Below the pieces are notes generated by a model that was not told the DNA's origin, made no database searches, and saw only the letters and a list, made by a program, of their open reading frames with translations. Of a stretch of 64,000 nt of DNA, positions 37,528-46,865 are shown piece by piece (within the stretch, counting starts at the first letter, position 1; each line of letters starts with the position of its first letter). The stretch is from Pseudobdellovibrionaceae bacterium (lineage in GTDB: Bacteria; Bdellovibrionota; Bdellovibrionia; Bdellovibrionales; JAGQZY01): NCBI GenBank assembly GCA_020635085.1, contig JACKAL010000004.1, positions 30,732-94,731 on the forward strand, read 5' to 3'. The position numbers and the translations under genes were made by a program.

Positions 37528-39351
37528 CTAAGTTTCTGGCGCACTTTCTACAGAGTGACTTTGCTCTTCTTGCTGCTTAAACCACATCGATGCATACAAC
37601 CCTCGTTTTTTCAGCAACTGCGAATGTGTGCCTCTTTCGGCCACTTGGCCATCTTGTAAAACAATAATCTCATTGGCATTAACGACTGTAGATAGTCGAT
37701 GGGCTATCACCAAAGTCGAACGAGACGTCGATATTTCTTGTAAGGAAGCTTGAATTTCTTTCTCCTTATGGGAATCAAGGGCCGATGTCGCCTCATCAAA
37801 TATCAAAATGGGTGGGTTTTTTAAAATCGTACGCGCAATGGCCACACGCTGCTTTTCCCCGCCCGAAAGCTTAAGTCCTCGTTCGCCCACAGGAGTATCA
37901 TATCCTTGTGGAAGAGACGCAATAAAATCGTGAATCTTCGCCATGTGCGATGCTTTGTGCATTTGCTCTTCCGTCGCGTCAGGCTTTCCATAAAAAATAT
38001 TGTAGCCAATAGAATCATTAAATAAAACGGTATCCTGAGGTACGACACCAATATTTTGGCGCAAAGATTTTTGTGTAACATGACGGATATCCTGACCATC
38101 AATCGTAATCTGCCCATCGGTTACATCATAAAAACGAAACAACAGCCGTGCGATCGTGGACTTTCCGGCACCGCTCGAGCCAACGATGGCCAAAGTTTGC
38201 CCAGCGCCAATTTTAAAGTTAACTCCTTTAAGAATCTGTCGGTTCTGTGAATAACCAAATTGTACATCTTTAAACTCAACTACGCCTTTCGTAACCATTA
38301 AATCTTGCGCGTTTGGATCATCGGCAACATCTGAGTGAACTTGAATGAGTTCAAACATTTTATCCATATCCACCAAACTATTTTTAATTTCTCGATAAAC
38401 AAAACCTAGGAAATTTAATGGTAAATACAATTGAATCAAAAATGTATTAATCAAAACAAAATCACCAACGGTAAATACTTTATTAATAACGCCCTGGCCC
38501 GCCATCCACATCACGGCAATAAGACCTAAACTAATAACCGCGGCTTGCGTGATATTAAGTACCGATAAACTCATTTGGCTTGTTACCGCCGCCTTTTCAT
38601 ATTTGGCTAGTGATAAATCAAAACGGTAGTACTCGTGCTCTTCGTTTCCGAAATATTTCACTGTTTCAAAATTTAATAAACTATCAATAGCCTTCGTGTT
38701 GGCGGATGTTTCTGCACTATTCATGCTTTTACGGAACTTAAGTCGCCACTCCGTCACACTAATAGTTAAAAATATATAAATCGTAATTGTCGAAAAAATA
38801 ATAAGGCCATAAAGAAAACCAAAATGATAAATTACTGCACCTGTCACTAAAACAATTTCCAGCAAAGTGGGCAGAATATTGAACGTCATAAAATTTAAAA
38901 CAAACTGAATTCCCCGTGTACCTCTTTCGATAACCCGTGAGAGTCCCCCGGTTTGTCGCGATAAATGGAATTGTAACGACAGACTATGCAGATGTTTAAA
39001 TGTATTCAGTGCAATGACTCTTTGCGCGTTTTGCCCTACCTTCGCAAAAATAAAATCGCGAAGTTCACCAAATAGGGCTACTCCCAAACGAGCTACCCCA
39101 TATGCAATAATTAAACTCAAAGGTAAGGTTAACGGCGATATTGTTTGCGAAAAAATATCAATGGTCTGTTTTAAAAGAAATGGTACATATATATTTAATA
39201 CTTTGGCTAGTACCAAAAAAAACAGGGCGAGAAGGACGCGTAAGCGTAAATCCCAGCGGTTCTCGGGCCAAAGATACGACCCAAACGTTTTAAGCGTTTT
39301 CCAGTGATTGGTGTTGTCTGAAGTCTCTATGGAGTTGAACGATGCCGACAT
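37528..39351 (-). CDS. ABC exporter, fused TMD-NBD, Atm1/HMT1 (ABCB7-like) type
   Basis: N-terminal YLWP...R.RV..AL..L...K..N..VPF motif, 6 TM segments, Walker A GSSGAGKST and signature LSGGEKQRVAIAR. Confidence 0.85.
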   Translation of the reverse strand: MSASFNSIETSDNTNHWKTLKTFGSYLWPENRWDLRLRVLLALFFLVLAKVLNIYVPFLLKQTIDIFSQTISPLTLPLSLIIAYGVARLGVALFGELRDFIFAKVGQNAQRVIALNTFKHLHSLSLQFHLSRQTGGLSRVIERGTRGIQFVLNFMTFNILPTLLEIVLVTGAVIYHFGFLYGLIIFSTITIYIFLTISVTEWRLKFRKSMNSAETSANTKAIDSLLNFETVKYFGNEEHEYYRFDLSLAKYEKAAVTSQMSLSVLNITQAAVISLGLIAVMWMAGQGVINKVFTVGDFVLINTFLIQLYLPLNFLGFVYREIKNSLVDMDKMFELIQVHSDVADDPNAQDLMVTKGVVEFKDVQFGYSQNRQILKGVNFKIGAGQTLAIVGSSGAGKSTIARLLFRFYDVTDGQITIDGQDIRHVTQKSLRQNIGVVPQDTVLFNDSIGYNIFYGKPDATEEQMHKASHMAKIHDFIASLPQGYDTPVGERGLKLSGGEKQRVAIARTILKNPPILIFDEATSALDSHKEKEIQASLQEISTSRSTLVIAHRLSTVVNANEIIVLQDGQVAERGTHSQLLKKRGLYASMWFKQQEEQSHSVESAPET

Positions 39352-39363
39352 ACATGAGTTGAA

Positions 39364-39524
39364 CTAGAACCTATCTCATAAATAGGAGCTACTGCGATTC
39401 TTTTATAAAGTTTCATTCTTCGTTACTCCTTGTCAGCCTAGCTCTACTAGGCTTTCGCGTCGCGCCTCGATTTAAACTTTATAAAACCTTCTCGTTACGC
39501 TCCTATTTATGAGATGGGTTCTAG
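39364..39524. repeat. 161-nt nested palindromic element between trxA and the Atm1-type exporter gene
   Basis: Outer 26-nt arms at 39364-39389 and 39499-39524 (25/26 complementary). Middle 13-bp arms TTTTATAAAGTTT / AAACTTTATAAAA at 39401-39413 and 39474-39486. Inner hairpin AGCCTAG-ctcta-CTAGGCT at 39435-39453. Confidence 0.8.
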
Positions 39525-39892
39525 GATTTCTCAGCCTCTTCTTTAGCGATTTGTTTTTTAACTTCGTCCATATCTAAATTCGAGACTTTTTGCGCCAGTT
39601 CTACCAAAAGTTCTTCGGGAAGTGCACCAGGCTGAAAGAACAGCTCAATGCCCTCACGAATAACCATAATAGTGGGAATACTGCGGATTTCAAAGTGGGC
39701 CGCGAGCTCCTGTTGATTTTCGGTATCAACTTTACCAAAGGTAATATTGGGGAACTTTTCAGAAACTCGCTCATAAATAGGCGCGAACATTTTACAGGGA
39801 CCACACCACGAAGCCCAAAAATCGATGATCACGATATCGTTTTTTTCGTATATTTCGCGGAAGTTATCTTTGGTTATTTCTACTGTAGACAT
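39521..39892 (-). CDS. trxA: thioredoxin
   Basis: FWASWCGPCK active site on a thioredoxin fold, with a 20-aa charged C-terminal extension. Confidence 0.85.
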   Translation of the reverse strand: MSTVEITKDNFREIYEKNDIVIIDFWASWCGPCKMFAPIYERVSEKFPNITFGKVDTENQQELAAHFEIRSIPTIMVIREGIELFFQPGALPEELLVELAQKVSNLDMDEVKKQIAKEEAEKS

Positions 39893-40147
39893 AGCCTATT
39901 ACAGACCTATAAGAATAAAATGTCAAAACGAATCAATGAATAGACCGGTCGCAGAAAATATCCACGCATCTTTCTTCTGTGACTCAGAAGGTCGCAATAC
40001 ATATCTACGTACCTTTTTGAGACATCAGAAAGTGACAGATTCTACAGCCTGTCGTCTAAAGAATTTACAAGCTGAAGTATGTAATGCTTATAAAATAGTG
40101 CCCAAGGATTCTCTACAAGGCATGTTTACTGCTAACTATACACCCAT

Positions 40148-41488
40148 ATGATGAAATCATTTTTTTTCCTTGCGATATTTACAGGGCCATTTTTTATTAA
40201 CAGTGCATGGGCGACGGATCATTATCCTCTTCCAGAATATGAACTTATCGTCGCAGAAAACCTTCCCGAAAGCATGAATCTCGATATGGCCCTTTCGCAG
40301 ATCGAAAAGACCAAACAAGACTCGCGCATTGGGCGCCTGAAGGCTCGCTTACAAAAAACGCTGTTTACCAATGTGGCACCGCTCATTGCCTCCAAAGATT
40401 TCTCATCTAGCTTTAATTTATTCAAAATTCCTCAACTTTTACCTCTACAAAAAATTCTGAGCGATCTTGATTTACAAAATGATCCCGATGCTACAATACC
40501 CGCAGACTTTATTGTCGTCATAGCCCCTCGTCTGCCCGAAAGCTTCCAAACTCCAAATGCCAATCCATACATTTCGTTGTATCCATCATCTAAAGCCGCA
40601 GTTTATACAGATCCTAATGCTATCAGTCCGCTGGGTAACTACGAAGAAATTGTGAACCAACGAATGTTTAAAGGAGCCGAGTATTTATTTAGTCAAAAGT
40701 ACCACGGAGGGACCAATACGCTGGGATTCTTTGCAGGTGCTATCATTTCGATCCATCTGCAAGGAGCCAATTCCTCGGCAAGTGCCAAACTCGCCATTGG
40801 ATTACCCACAGATCGCTCGCTTCCATTTGAGCAAGAAAATGATCAAATTAAACTCAAACAAATTTATTTCCCTCGCTCGCCTTACAATGGTTATGTTACA
40901 AAGATGGCTTACCCGATTGCGATGGTGTCCGTCACACATACTGCATCCTCACCGGCATCAGCCGCTCTAAAAATTGACTTTGGTGATTTAGGGCCAATTG
41001 CTAAAAACAGATGGGATATCGGTAATGAACCAAGCCATTCTGTTATTGCCAAGTGGTTTTCGTGGCGCAATCCTTACAATGTTCCTCATTTTCGTGGCGA
41101 AATTCGCTCCCTCATTCAAAAAGAAATGTTGGGTCGCTTTGCAGGTTTTAGCGGTTGGCTCAATGGTTTTCTCGCCAATCATTTCGACATCCAGCTCAAC
41201 CTGCACTCGGTGACTTTAGATCTACAGAAGTTAGTTATTACTGATGTCGCGGTAACCGTAGATCTTCCTAAATCAGGTGGTTCTGAATTACTTCCCACCT
41301 TGCATGTACCAGATCCAGAAGTACAGTTTAAAAATGAAGGAAATAAAGCTATTCAAGAGCAAAAAGATAAAATCAAACCCCTACTTGATTCTGGTTTAAA
41401 TGTTTTAAGTGACCCTCAAGCGCAAAAAAAGTTTATTGAAATCCTCAACAGCTTACTGGGTTCTGCAAATTCCGGAGGTGATCAATGA
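40148..41488 (+). CDS. hypothetical exported protein (upstream partner of the PLD gene)
   Basis: Signal peptide MMKSFFFLAIFTGPFFINSAWA|T. No motif recognised. Its stop codon overlaps the PLD ATG (ATGA at 41485-41488). Confidence 0.55.
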   Translation: MMKSFFFLAIFTGPFFINSAWATDHYPLPEYELIVAENLPESMNLDMALSQIEKTKQDSRIGRLKARLQKTLFTNVAPLIASKDFSSSFNLFKIPQLLPLQKILSDLDLQNDPDATIPADFIVVIAPRLPESFQTPNANPYISLYPSSKAAVYTDPNAISPLGNYEEIVNQRMFKGAEYLFSQKYHGGTNTLGFFAGAIISIHLQGANSSASAKLAIGLPTDRSLPFEQENDQIKLKQIYFPRSPYNGYVTKMAYPIAMVSVTHTASSPASAALKIDFGDLGPIAKNRWDIGNEPSHSVIAKWFSWRNPYNVPHFRGEIRSLIQKEMLGRFAGFSGWLNGFLANHFDIQLNLHSVTLDLQKLVITDVAVTVDLPKSGGSELLPTLHVPDPEVQFKNEGNKAIQEQKDKIKPLLDSGLNVLSDPQAQKKFIEILNSLLGSANSGGDQ

Positions 41489-43908
41489 TTCTCAAAAATA
41501 TTTTCTCACTAACTTTATCTCTCATTTTTTCTTTATCTGCCTATGGGTCACAACAACATTATATGGATGGATTTATTCGGTATGAACTTGTGCAAACCAA
41601 GTATAAACAAGTCTATCTTGATCTAACGGATATTAACAGACGTGAAGCATTACAATCTTGGTTTCGTTTGTTTTTCAAAAACCCAGAAAATAAAGCCATC
41701 TACGAGCAAGCCCGCGGCCACTTAAATCGTTGGATTAAAAGCGAAGAATATAAAAATTTGCTCTTTTATTATCATATGACGGGGCAAAATGAGAGCGCCA
41801 TCAATACCTTTGGACTTTATCTTTTAAGTGTTGACACTCTACTTAAAGAGTTTGCACTAGATCCATTTAATCGCTCTTATCAAGCAAGCGATGTCAATTC
41901 TTTCGAAAAATTTTTGCAAAATTCTGATTTTAAAAAAATAGCTCAAATAGAACAATGCTATAGAGGGCTTATACTAAATAACAAACGACAATTTGATATT
42001 AATTATATTAGCCAGCTTAATGAGTTTCAGAGAACATGTCTTTTTCGCGACGCCTATGTAATAGATCTCATTAAAGGTCTCGACTCTCTTATGCATGGCA
42101 ATGCTGCAAAAGGTGCTCCTCATCCTATTAATTACCAAGGCTTCATTGCGGATAATAGTATTCAATTATGGAACAAAATCCCAACATCCGAAGATGCAAT
42201 TAGTTCTCTTGGTGAGCAGTTAGGACTCATTCACACAGCTACTAATCAAAAATTATCATTAAAATACTCAGAAATGAGTGTCGAAGACTTTAAAAAACTT
42301 ATGGACAATGAATCAACTGCGATTGATGATTTGTTTACTCGTAATGAAGGTTTTTTACAAAGAGAGTCTCATTTATCTTTAGGCCCTGTCACTTTAGCAC
42401 AACCTGGAATTTATCAACATATTCTTGAAGCCATCGACCAAGCTAAAGAAACTGCATTTGTCGATATCTTCTGGATGGGTGGCTCTATTGGCGTGCAACT
42501 TGCCAAAGCGCTAATGAAAAAAACATTAGCAAATCCCCAATTTAAAGTATACATCATCACCGACACGGTTAACCGCTTTAATTATGGTACACAACTCGAC
42601 ACAGTATATAGATACATCCGCGCATTCTCGGAAAAGTTCCCACAGCGTAGTTTTTATATTGTTCCTGCGAGCCTTGATCTAAAACGCACAGCCCTACCTG
42701 AATTTGTCGATTTATTATTTACTAATAGTACAGTGAATCTTTCGCAAAAAAACGTAGCACTAGACCCACTATTTGCCGATCATCGTTTTAACTTGATTGG
42801 CAAATCAGACCATTCCAAAGTTGTTGTTATCGATGGCAAAAATCCAAACGATGGTAAAGCTTTTGTTGGTTCAAAAAACTGGACAGATGCGTCTGGCGGT
42901 ATCGCTACCGATGAAGTGGCTGAAATTCAGGGACCTGCCGTAGCAGCTATTCTCAACCATTATTACTATGATGTGATCGAAGGATTTCTGCTGGAAAGCC
43001 GTAAGGGCAATTATATACTTGACCATTTTGCAGCCCAATTTCCGCAAGAAAAAAGTAAAAGTAAGTACCAAGCGATTCAGTATCTCATTGCGGGTATTGA
43101 TGTCCTTAACCGTTATGAATCCGATAATATTTTTGTTAAACAAATTCCTTATGTAGAAAAAGGTTCAGATACGATTGCACTCGGGCAAAATAATATCTAC
43201 GGTACTGAAACATCTGCCGTGGATCAAAATATACATGCGATACTACAAGCAAAAGAACAAATCATTATTGATGATCAATTTCTTTATGATCCGTTCATTG
43301 CAAGTGCACTCAAAACAGCCATCACAAAGCACAATGTAAAAGTATACCTGATGTTAGAATCTCTTACAGCAGTTGGAGACGATAGCAAGTTGATGGCCCA
43401 CGTACCCAATAACTTGTTCTTGCCAGAACTCATTGCCTTGGGCGCAAAAGCCAAATGGAAAGAAGTTCCTAAAGACATGGCGAATACAATTCTTGCAACT
43501 AAAGAAAAATACGGTCATCTACTGGCTCCTGAATTTCACTTAAAGTCGATCACCGTAGACGGCGTTCGAGAAAATGAATACGCACTCTGCCAACAAGATC
43601 AACCCTCTTTGCGCCATCACGACACAGTACCTGCGTTGATCACAGGCTCTGCAAACAAAGACGTTATGACAATGACTGGGGGCTTTCGCGAATATCAAGT
43701 TCTTCTTTATAGCGAAAGTGCTGTTCTTCGCCACGACTGTATATTTTGGTCGCGCTGGCAAAGTGCCCATGAGACTATTGCCACAGATGGTTTAGATTTC
43801 GAACTTCCTCCAGAAGCTAAAAATATCGATGTTGGACAAGAAGATTTTTTAAATATTCTACGTATGGTGTTCTTCTCGACATACAACTTTACGAAAGATT
43901 ATTTTTAG
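41485..43908 (+). CDS. exported phospholipase D-superfamily protein with two HKD motifs
   Basis: Signal peptide ...LSAYG|S. HKD1 is HSKVVVIDG...GSKNWTD (DNA from 42811). HKD2 is HLKSITVDG...GSANKD (DNA from 43537). GGAGGTG RBS lies inside the end of the upstream gene. Confidence 0.8.
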   Translation: MILKNIFSLTLSLIFSLSAYGSQQHYMDGFIRYELVQTKYKQVYLDLTDINRREALQSWFRLFFKNPENKAIYEQARGHLNRWIKSEEYKNLLFYYHMTGQNESAINTFGLYLLSVDTLLKEFALDPFNRSYQASDVNSFEKFLQNSDFKKIAQIEQCYRGLILNNKRQFDINYISQLNEFQRTCLFRDAYVIDLIKGLDSLMHGNAAKGAPHPINYQGFIADNSIQLWNKIPTSEDAISSLGEQLGLIHTATNQKLSLKYSEMSVEDFKKLMDNESTAIDDLFTRNEGFLQRESHLSLGPVTLAQPGIYQHILEAIDQAKETAFVDIFWMGGSIGVQLAKALMKKTLANPQFKVYIITDTVNRFNYGTQLDTVYRYIRAFSEKFPQRSFYIVPASLDLKRTALPEFVDLLFTNSTVNLSQKNVALDPLFADHRFNLIGKSDHSKVVVIDGKNPNDGKAFVGSKNWTDASGGIATDEVAEIQGPAVAAILNHYYYDVIEGFLLESRKGNYILDHFAAQFPQEKSKSKYQAIQYLIAGIDVLNRYESDNIFVKQIPYVEKGSDTIALGQNNIYGTETSAVDQNIHAILQAKEQIIIDDQFLYDPFIASALKTAITKHNVKVYLMLESLTAVGDDSKLMAHVPNNLFLPELIALGAKAKWKEVPKDMANTILATKEKYGHLLAPEFHLKSITVDGVRENEYALCQQDQPSLRHHDTVPALITGSANKDVMTMTGGFREYQVLLYSESAVLRHDCIFWSRWQSAHETIATDGLDFELPPEAKNIDVGQEDFLNILRMVFFSTYNFTKDYF

Positions 43909-43939
43909 AGCGTACAGCGAGACGCTCTAAATAAAAAAG

Positions 43940-44998
43940 CTAGGCCCGGATAGCCCAACGTAGCTTAGCTGATTTCGAGCGTGGATTCTGTTGCTGTTCA
44001 GAAAAAGACGGGCGAATGATATCTGGTGATATTTCTCGGTAAACACTCGAACGGAAATAACTTTGGAAGGATTTTTTAACCCGTCGATCTTCACCGGAGT
44101 GAAAACTTAAAATCGCAATGCGCGCCCCACTCTTAGTAAAACTTGGAATATTTTCTAAGAATTGATCTAACGCAGAAAATTCATCATTCACTAAAATACG
44201 AAAAGCTTGAAACACGCGACGAATGGGCGTGCTGCCTTCCTCTTTACGAATTTTGGGGCTCATCTTTGACATAGCTTTTTCTACGGAGGTGGCCACCTCT
44301 AACGTGGTTTTTGGTTTGTCTTTTACCAACTGACCTGCAATTTGCTGCGCTCGGCGCTCATCGGAGTATTCCACCAAAATGTGTCGTATCTCTTCCACAT
44401 CCATTTTTTGCAAATGGACATACGCCGGCTCTCCTTTTTCTGGATTCATGCGTAAATCAAAGGGACCATCTACTTTAAAAGAAAAACCCCGCTCTGGAGT
44501 ATCTATCTGCATAGATGATAAACCCAAATCGGCAAGAACCATATCTACTGGCCCTAGCTTTTGCTGATTTAAAAAAGATCTCGCCTCACAAAAATTAATC
44601 GGCCCAACGATAAGCTGCTCAAGTGGACGGTGTTCTGCTTCTAACCACTGATGCAAACGTTCCGTGGTTTTCTGGCGCTCAATGGGGTCCTGATCTAGTG
44701 CTATGAGCTTTCCTGATACACCCAGCTCCTGTAAAAGGGCTTGGGAATGACCTCCGTAACCTAGAGTTGCATCGAGAGCCACCTCACCCGGCCTCGGATT
44801 TAAAATTTGCAAAATCTCTTTAAGACAAATGGGAATATGGGACCCAGCTGGAGTTTGCCCACGCGCTTTAATCTTCTCTAGCTCTTCTGGATATTTTTCG
44901 GGATTAAGTTCCTTGTACTTCTCGTGAAAACGACGCGGATGCGTCCCATTATAACGCACTCGTCTTTTTGGTTTATTAGAACTCTCTTGCTCGCTCAT
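43940..44998 (-). CDS. rsmH: 16S rRNA (cytosine1402-N4)-methyltransferase RsmH with a basic N-terminal extension
   Basis: HIPICLKEIL, DATLGYGGHS and LSFHSGEDRRVK motifs. An alternative start is the ATG at 45031. Confidence 0.85.
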   Translation of the reverse strand: MSEQESSNKPKRRVRYNGTHPRRFHEKYKELNPEKYPEELEKIKARGQTPAGSHIPICLKEILQILNPRPGEVALDATLGYGGHSQALLQELGVSGKLIALDQDPIERQKTTERLHQWLEAEHRPLEQLIVGPINFCEARSFLNQQKLGPVDMVLADLGLSSMQIDTPERGFSFKVDGPFDLRMNPEKGEPAYVHLQKMDVEEIRHILVEYSDERRAQQIAGQLVKDKPKTTLEVATSVEKAMSKMSPKIRKEEGSTPIRRVFQAFRILVNDEFSALDQFLENIPSFTKSGARIAILSFHSGEDRRVKKSFQSYFRSSVYREISPDIIRPSFSEQQQNPRSKSAKLRWAIRA

Positions 44999-45261
44999 AA
45001 TCCTTCTTTGAGTCCTAGACAGGTACTCCATCTAAATGGGTAAGCTACCTTGATGGCCCCGGCCTACCGCACTAACTATCGACAGCTTCTTGGGTTTAGC
45101 ATAAATTGTGGAGCGTGGGTAGAGCGGGAGCTCGCAAAATGAGAAGTAAATGAATTTCGATAGCTTACTTCAGCGTGTAGGTGACTCCCTCTTACCTTTT
45201 AAAGGATAAAGTTCTACTTTTATGGCTTTAAAAACAATAATCAAACTTAGGGAGAAAAAAT

Positions 45262-45789
45262 ATGGCACTCTTGTTGACCCTTTTAAATTTAATGACCAGC
45301 TTCAGCTCTGCCGAAAATATTTATGCACAAAAAATCACCCTCATTGATGAAAGTGCCAAACAGACTTCCCTTGAGGCTTATAAGGGGAAACCTCTTTTAT
45401 TGGTTAATATCGCAACCCAATGTGGCTACACTAAACAACTCGATGGCTTGGAAAAACTTTATAAAAAATATAAAAGTAAAGGGCTTGTGGTTATCGGTAT
45501 CCCTAGCAATGATTTTGGCGAACAAACGCCTGAAGACAATAAAGACGTCAAAAAATTCTGTAAACTGCGCTATGGAGTGACTTTTCCGTTAACTAAAAAA
45601 ACAGTGGTTCTCGGTAAAGACAAAAATCCTCTCATTCAAGAGCTCAATAATTTCGATAAAAAAGATATCGCCTGGAATTTTGAAAAATATGTGATCAATA
45701 AAAAGGGCGAAGTGGTGAACCATTATAAATCAGCAATCACACCCGATGATAAAGCGCTTATTGAAAGTCTCGAGAAGGTTCTTGAATGA
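45262..45789 (+). CDS. glutathione peroxidase (Cys type)
   Basis: NIATQCGYT catalytic Cys context and WNFEKY motif. GGGAGA RBS present. The N-terminus is hydrophobic, so it may be exported. Confidence 0.9.
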   Translation: MALLLTLLNLMTSFSSAENIYAQKITLIDESAKQTSLEAYKGKPLLLVNIATQCGYTKQLDGLEKLYKKYKSKGLVVIGIPSNDFGEQTPEDNKDVKKFCKLRYGVTFPLTKKTVVLGKDKNPLIQELNNFDKKDIAWNFEKYVINKKGEVVNHYKSAITPDDKALIESLEKVLE

Positions 45790-46409
45790 CACTTTATGTT
45801 CCACCGTATTTTTTAAGTGAGGACTGGCAAGAGACCAAGGCCCTCGCGCAAAGTTATCCCTTTGCCACACTCATCTCCTACTCTGATGGTGAACCGTATA
45901 TTTCCCATCTTCCCTTTGCTATAAAAGAACTTGAAAATTCTTGTACCTTTGTTGCCCATATGGCAGCTGGAAATCCCCACACCAAAGTTTTACAATCTGG
46001 AAAACATACTCTGATCTTTCACGGACCACACACCTATATAACACCTGTATGGTACACCAAACCCAGTGTTCCGACGTGGAACTATGTCGTTGCTCACATA
46101 GAAGGGGACATCATTACCTATACGACAGCTAAAGAGACCATCAATGCCCTACAAGAGCTGACAAAGACGTCCGAAGCCAACTGGCCCAGCGGTTGGACGT
46201 TTGATCTTACTAATGAATTTAATGACGAACGCGTTCTCATGAAAAGCATTCTTGCTTTTGAATTTATTCCCAAAAAATTAACTTTAAAAAAGAAACTAAG
46301 CCAAAATCGCTCTCCTGTAGATCAAGAAGGTGTGCGTGCGGGCCTTAAAATGCGCAGCGATGAAAATAGCCAAGCTGTGCTACATGCAATGCACAAGCTA
46401 AGTAAATGA
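45786..46409 (+). CDS. FMN-binding negative transcriptional regulator (PaiB family)
   Basis: LYVPPYF...PFATLIS...HLPF N-terminus and 207-aa length fit PaiB. 4-nt overlap with the GPx gene. Confidence 0.8.
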   Translation: MTLYVPPYFLSEDWQETKALAQSYPFATLISYSDGEPYISHLPFAIKELENSCTFVAHMAAGNPHTKVLQSGKHTLIFHGPHTYITPVWYTKPSVPTWNYVVAHIEGDIITYTTAKETINALQELTKTSEANWPSGWTFDLTNEFNDERVLMKSILAFEFIPKKLTLKKKLSQNRSPVDQEGVRAGLKMRSDENSQAVLHAMHKLSK

Positions 46410-46481
46410 GACACGCTATAAAAAATGAAACAGACGTTCATCTTACAAGAGGTGTAACGAGAAGCTTTTAGAAAGGTACAT

Positions 46482-46838
46482 ATGAATCAGCAATGTATGT
46501 GGATCATGGTGGCTGGGCCCTTTGGGCATGGCACAAAATCTGAAGAAGAAAAGCGAGTCAACTTGCAGAAATTAAATCAAGCTGCCGTAGATGTTTTTCG
46601 CAAAGGCCATATCCCAATTATTGGTGTAAACATGGCGCTTCCAATGATTAAAGTCGTAGGACAAGAATCTTATTCGGAAATAATGATGCCGCTTTCTTTG
46701 AGTCTTTGTGATCGTTGCGATGCCATTCTCCGAATTGAAGGAGCGTCGATTGGAGCAGATAAGGAATTAGCTAAATTTCAAAAACAGGGTAAAATTATTT
46801 ATCGAAATATTAGCGAGATTCCGAACGCACTCAAATAG
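46482..46838 (+). CDS. hypothetical protein, weak resemblance to the DUF4406 / nucleoside 2-deoxyribosyltransferase-like fold
   Basis: IMVAGPFGHG...N...AA..VFRKGHIPI pattern only. Low confidence. Confidence 0.35.
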   Translation: MNQQCMWIMVAGPFGHGTKSEEEKRVNLQKLNQAAVDVFRKGHIPIIGVNMALPMIKVVGQESYSEIMMPLSLSLCDRCDAILRIEGASIGADKELAKFQKQGKIIYRNISEIPNALK

Positions 46839-46865
46839 TATTGAACACGTATACACCTACCTCAC

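Noticed and set aside
45032-45261. A 230-nt, locally GC-richer intergenic region between rsmH and GPx. I examined it for an SRP, 6S, tmRNA or riboswitch-like RNA.
   Set aside because: I found only short, mutually exclusive pairings (GTAAGCTA/TAGCTTAC and CTATCGA/TCGATAG) and no recognisable conserved RNA motif. That is not enough to call an ncRNA without an Infernal scan.
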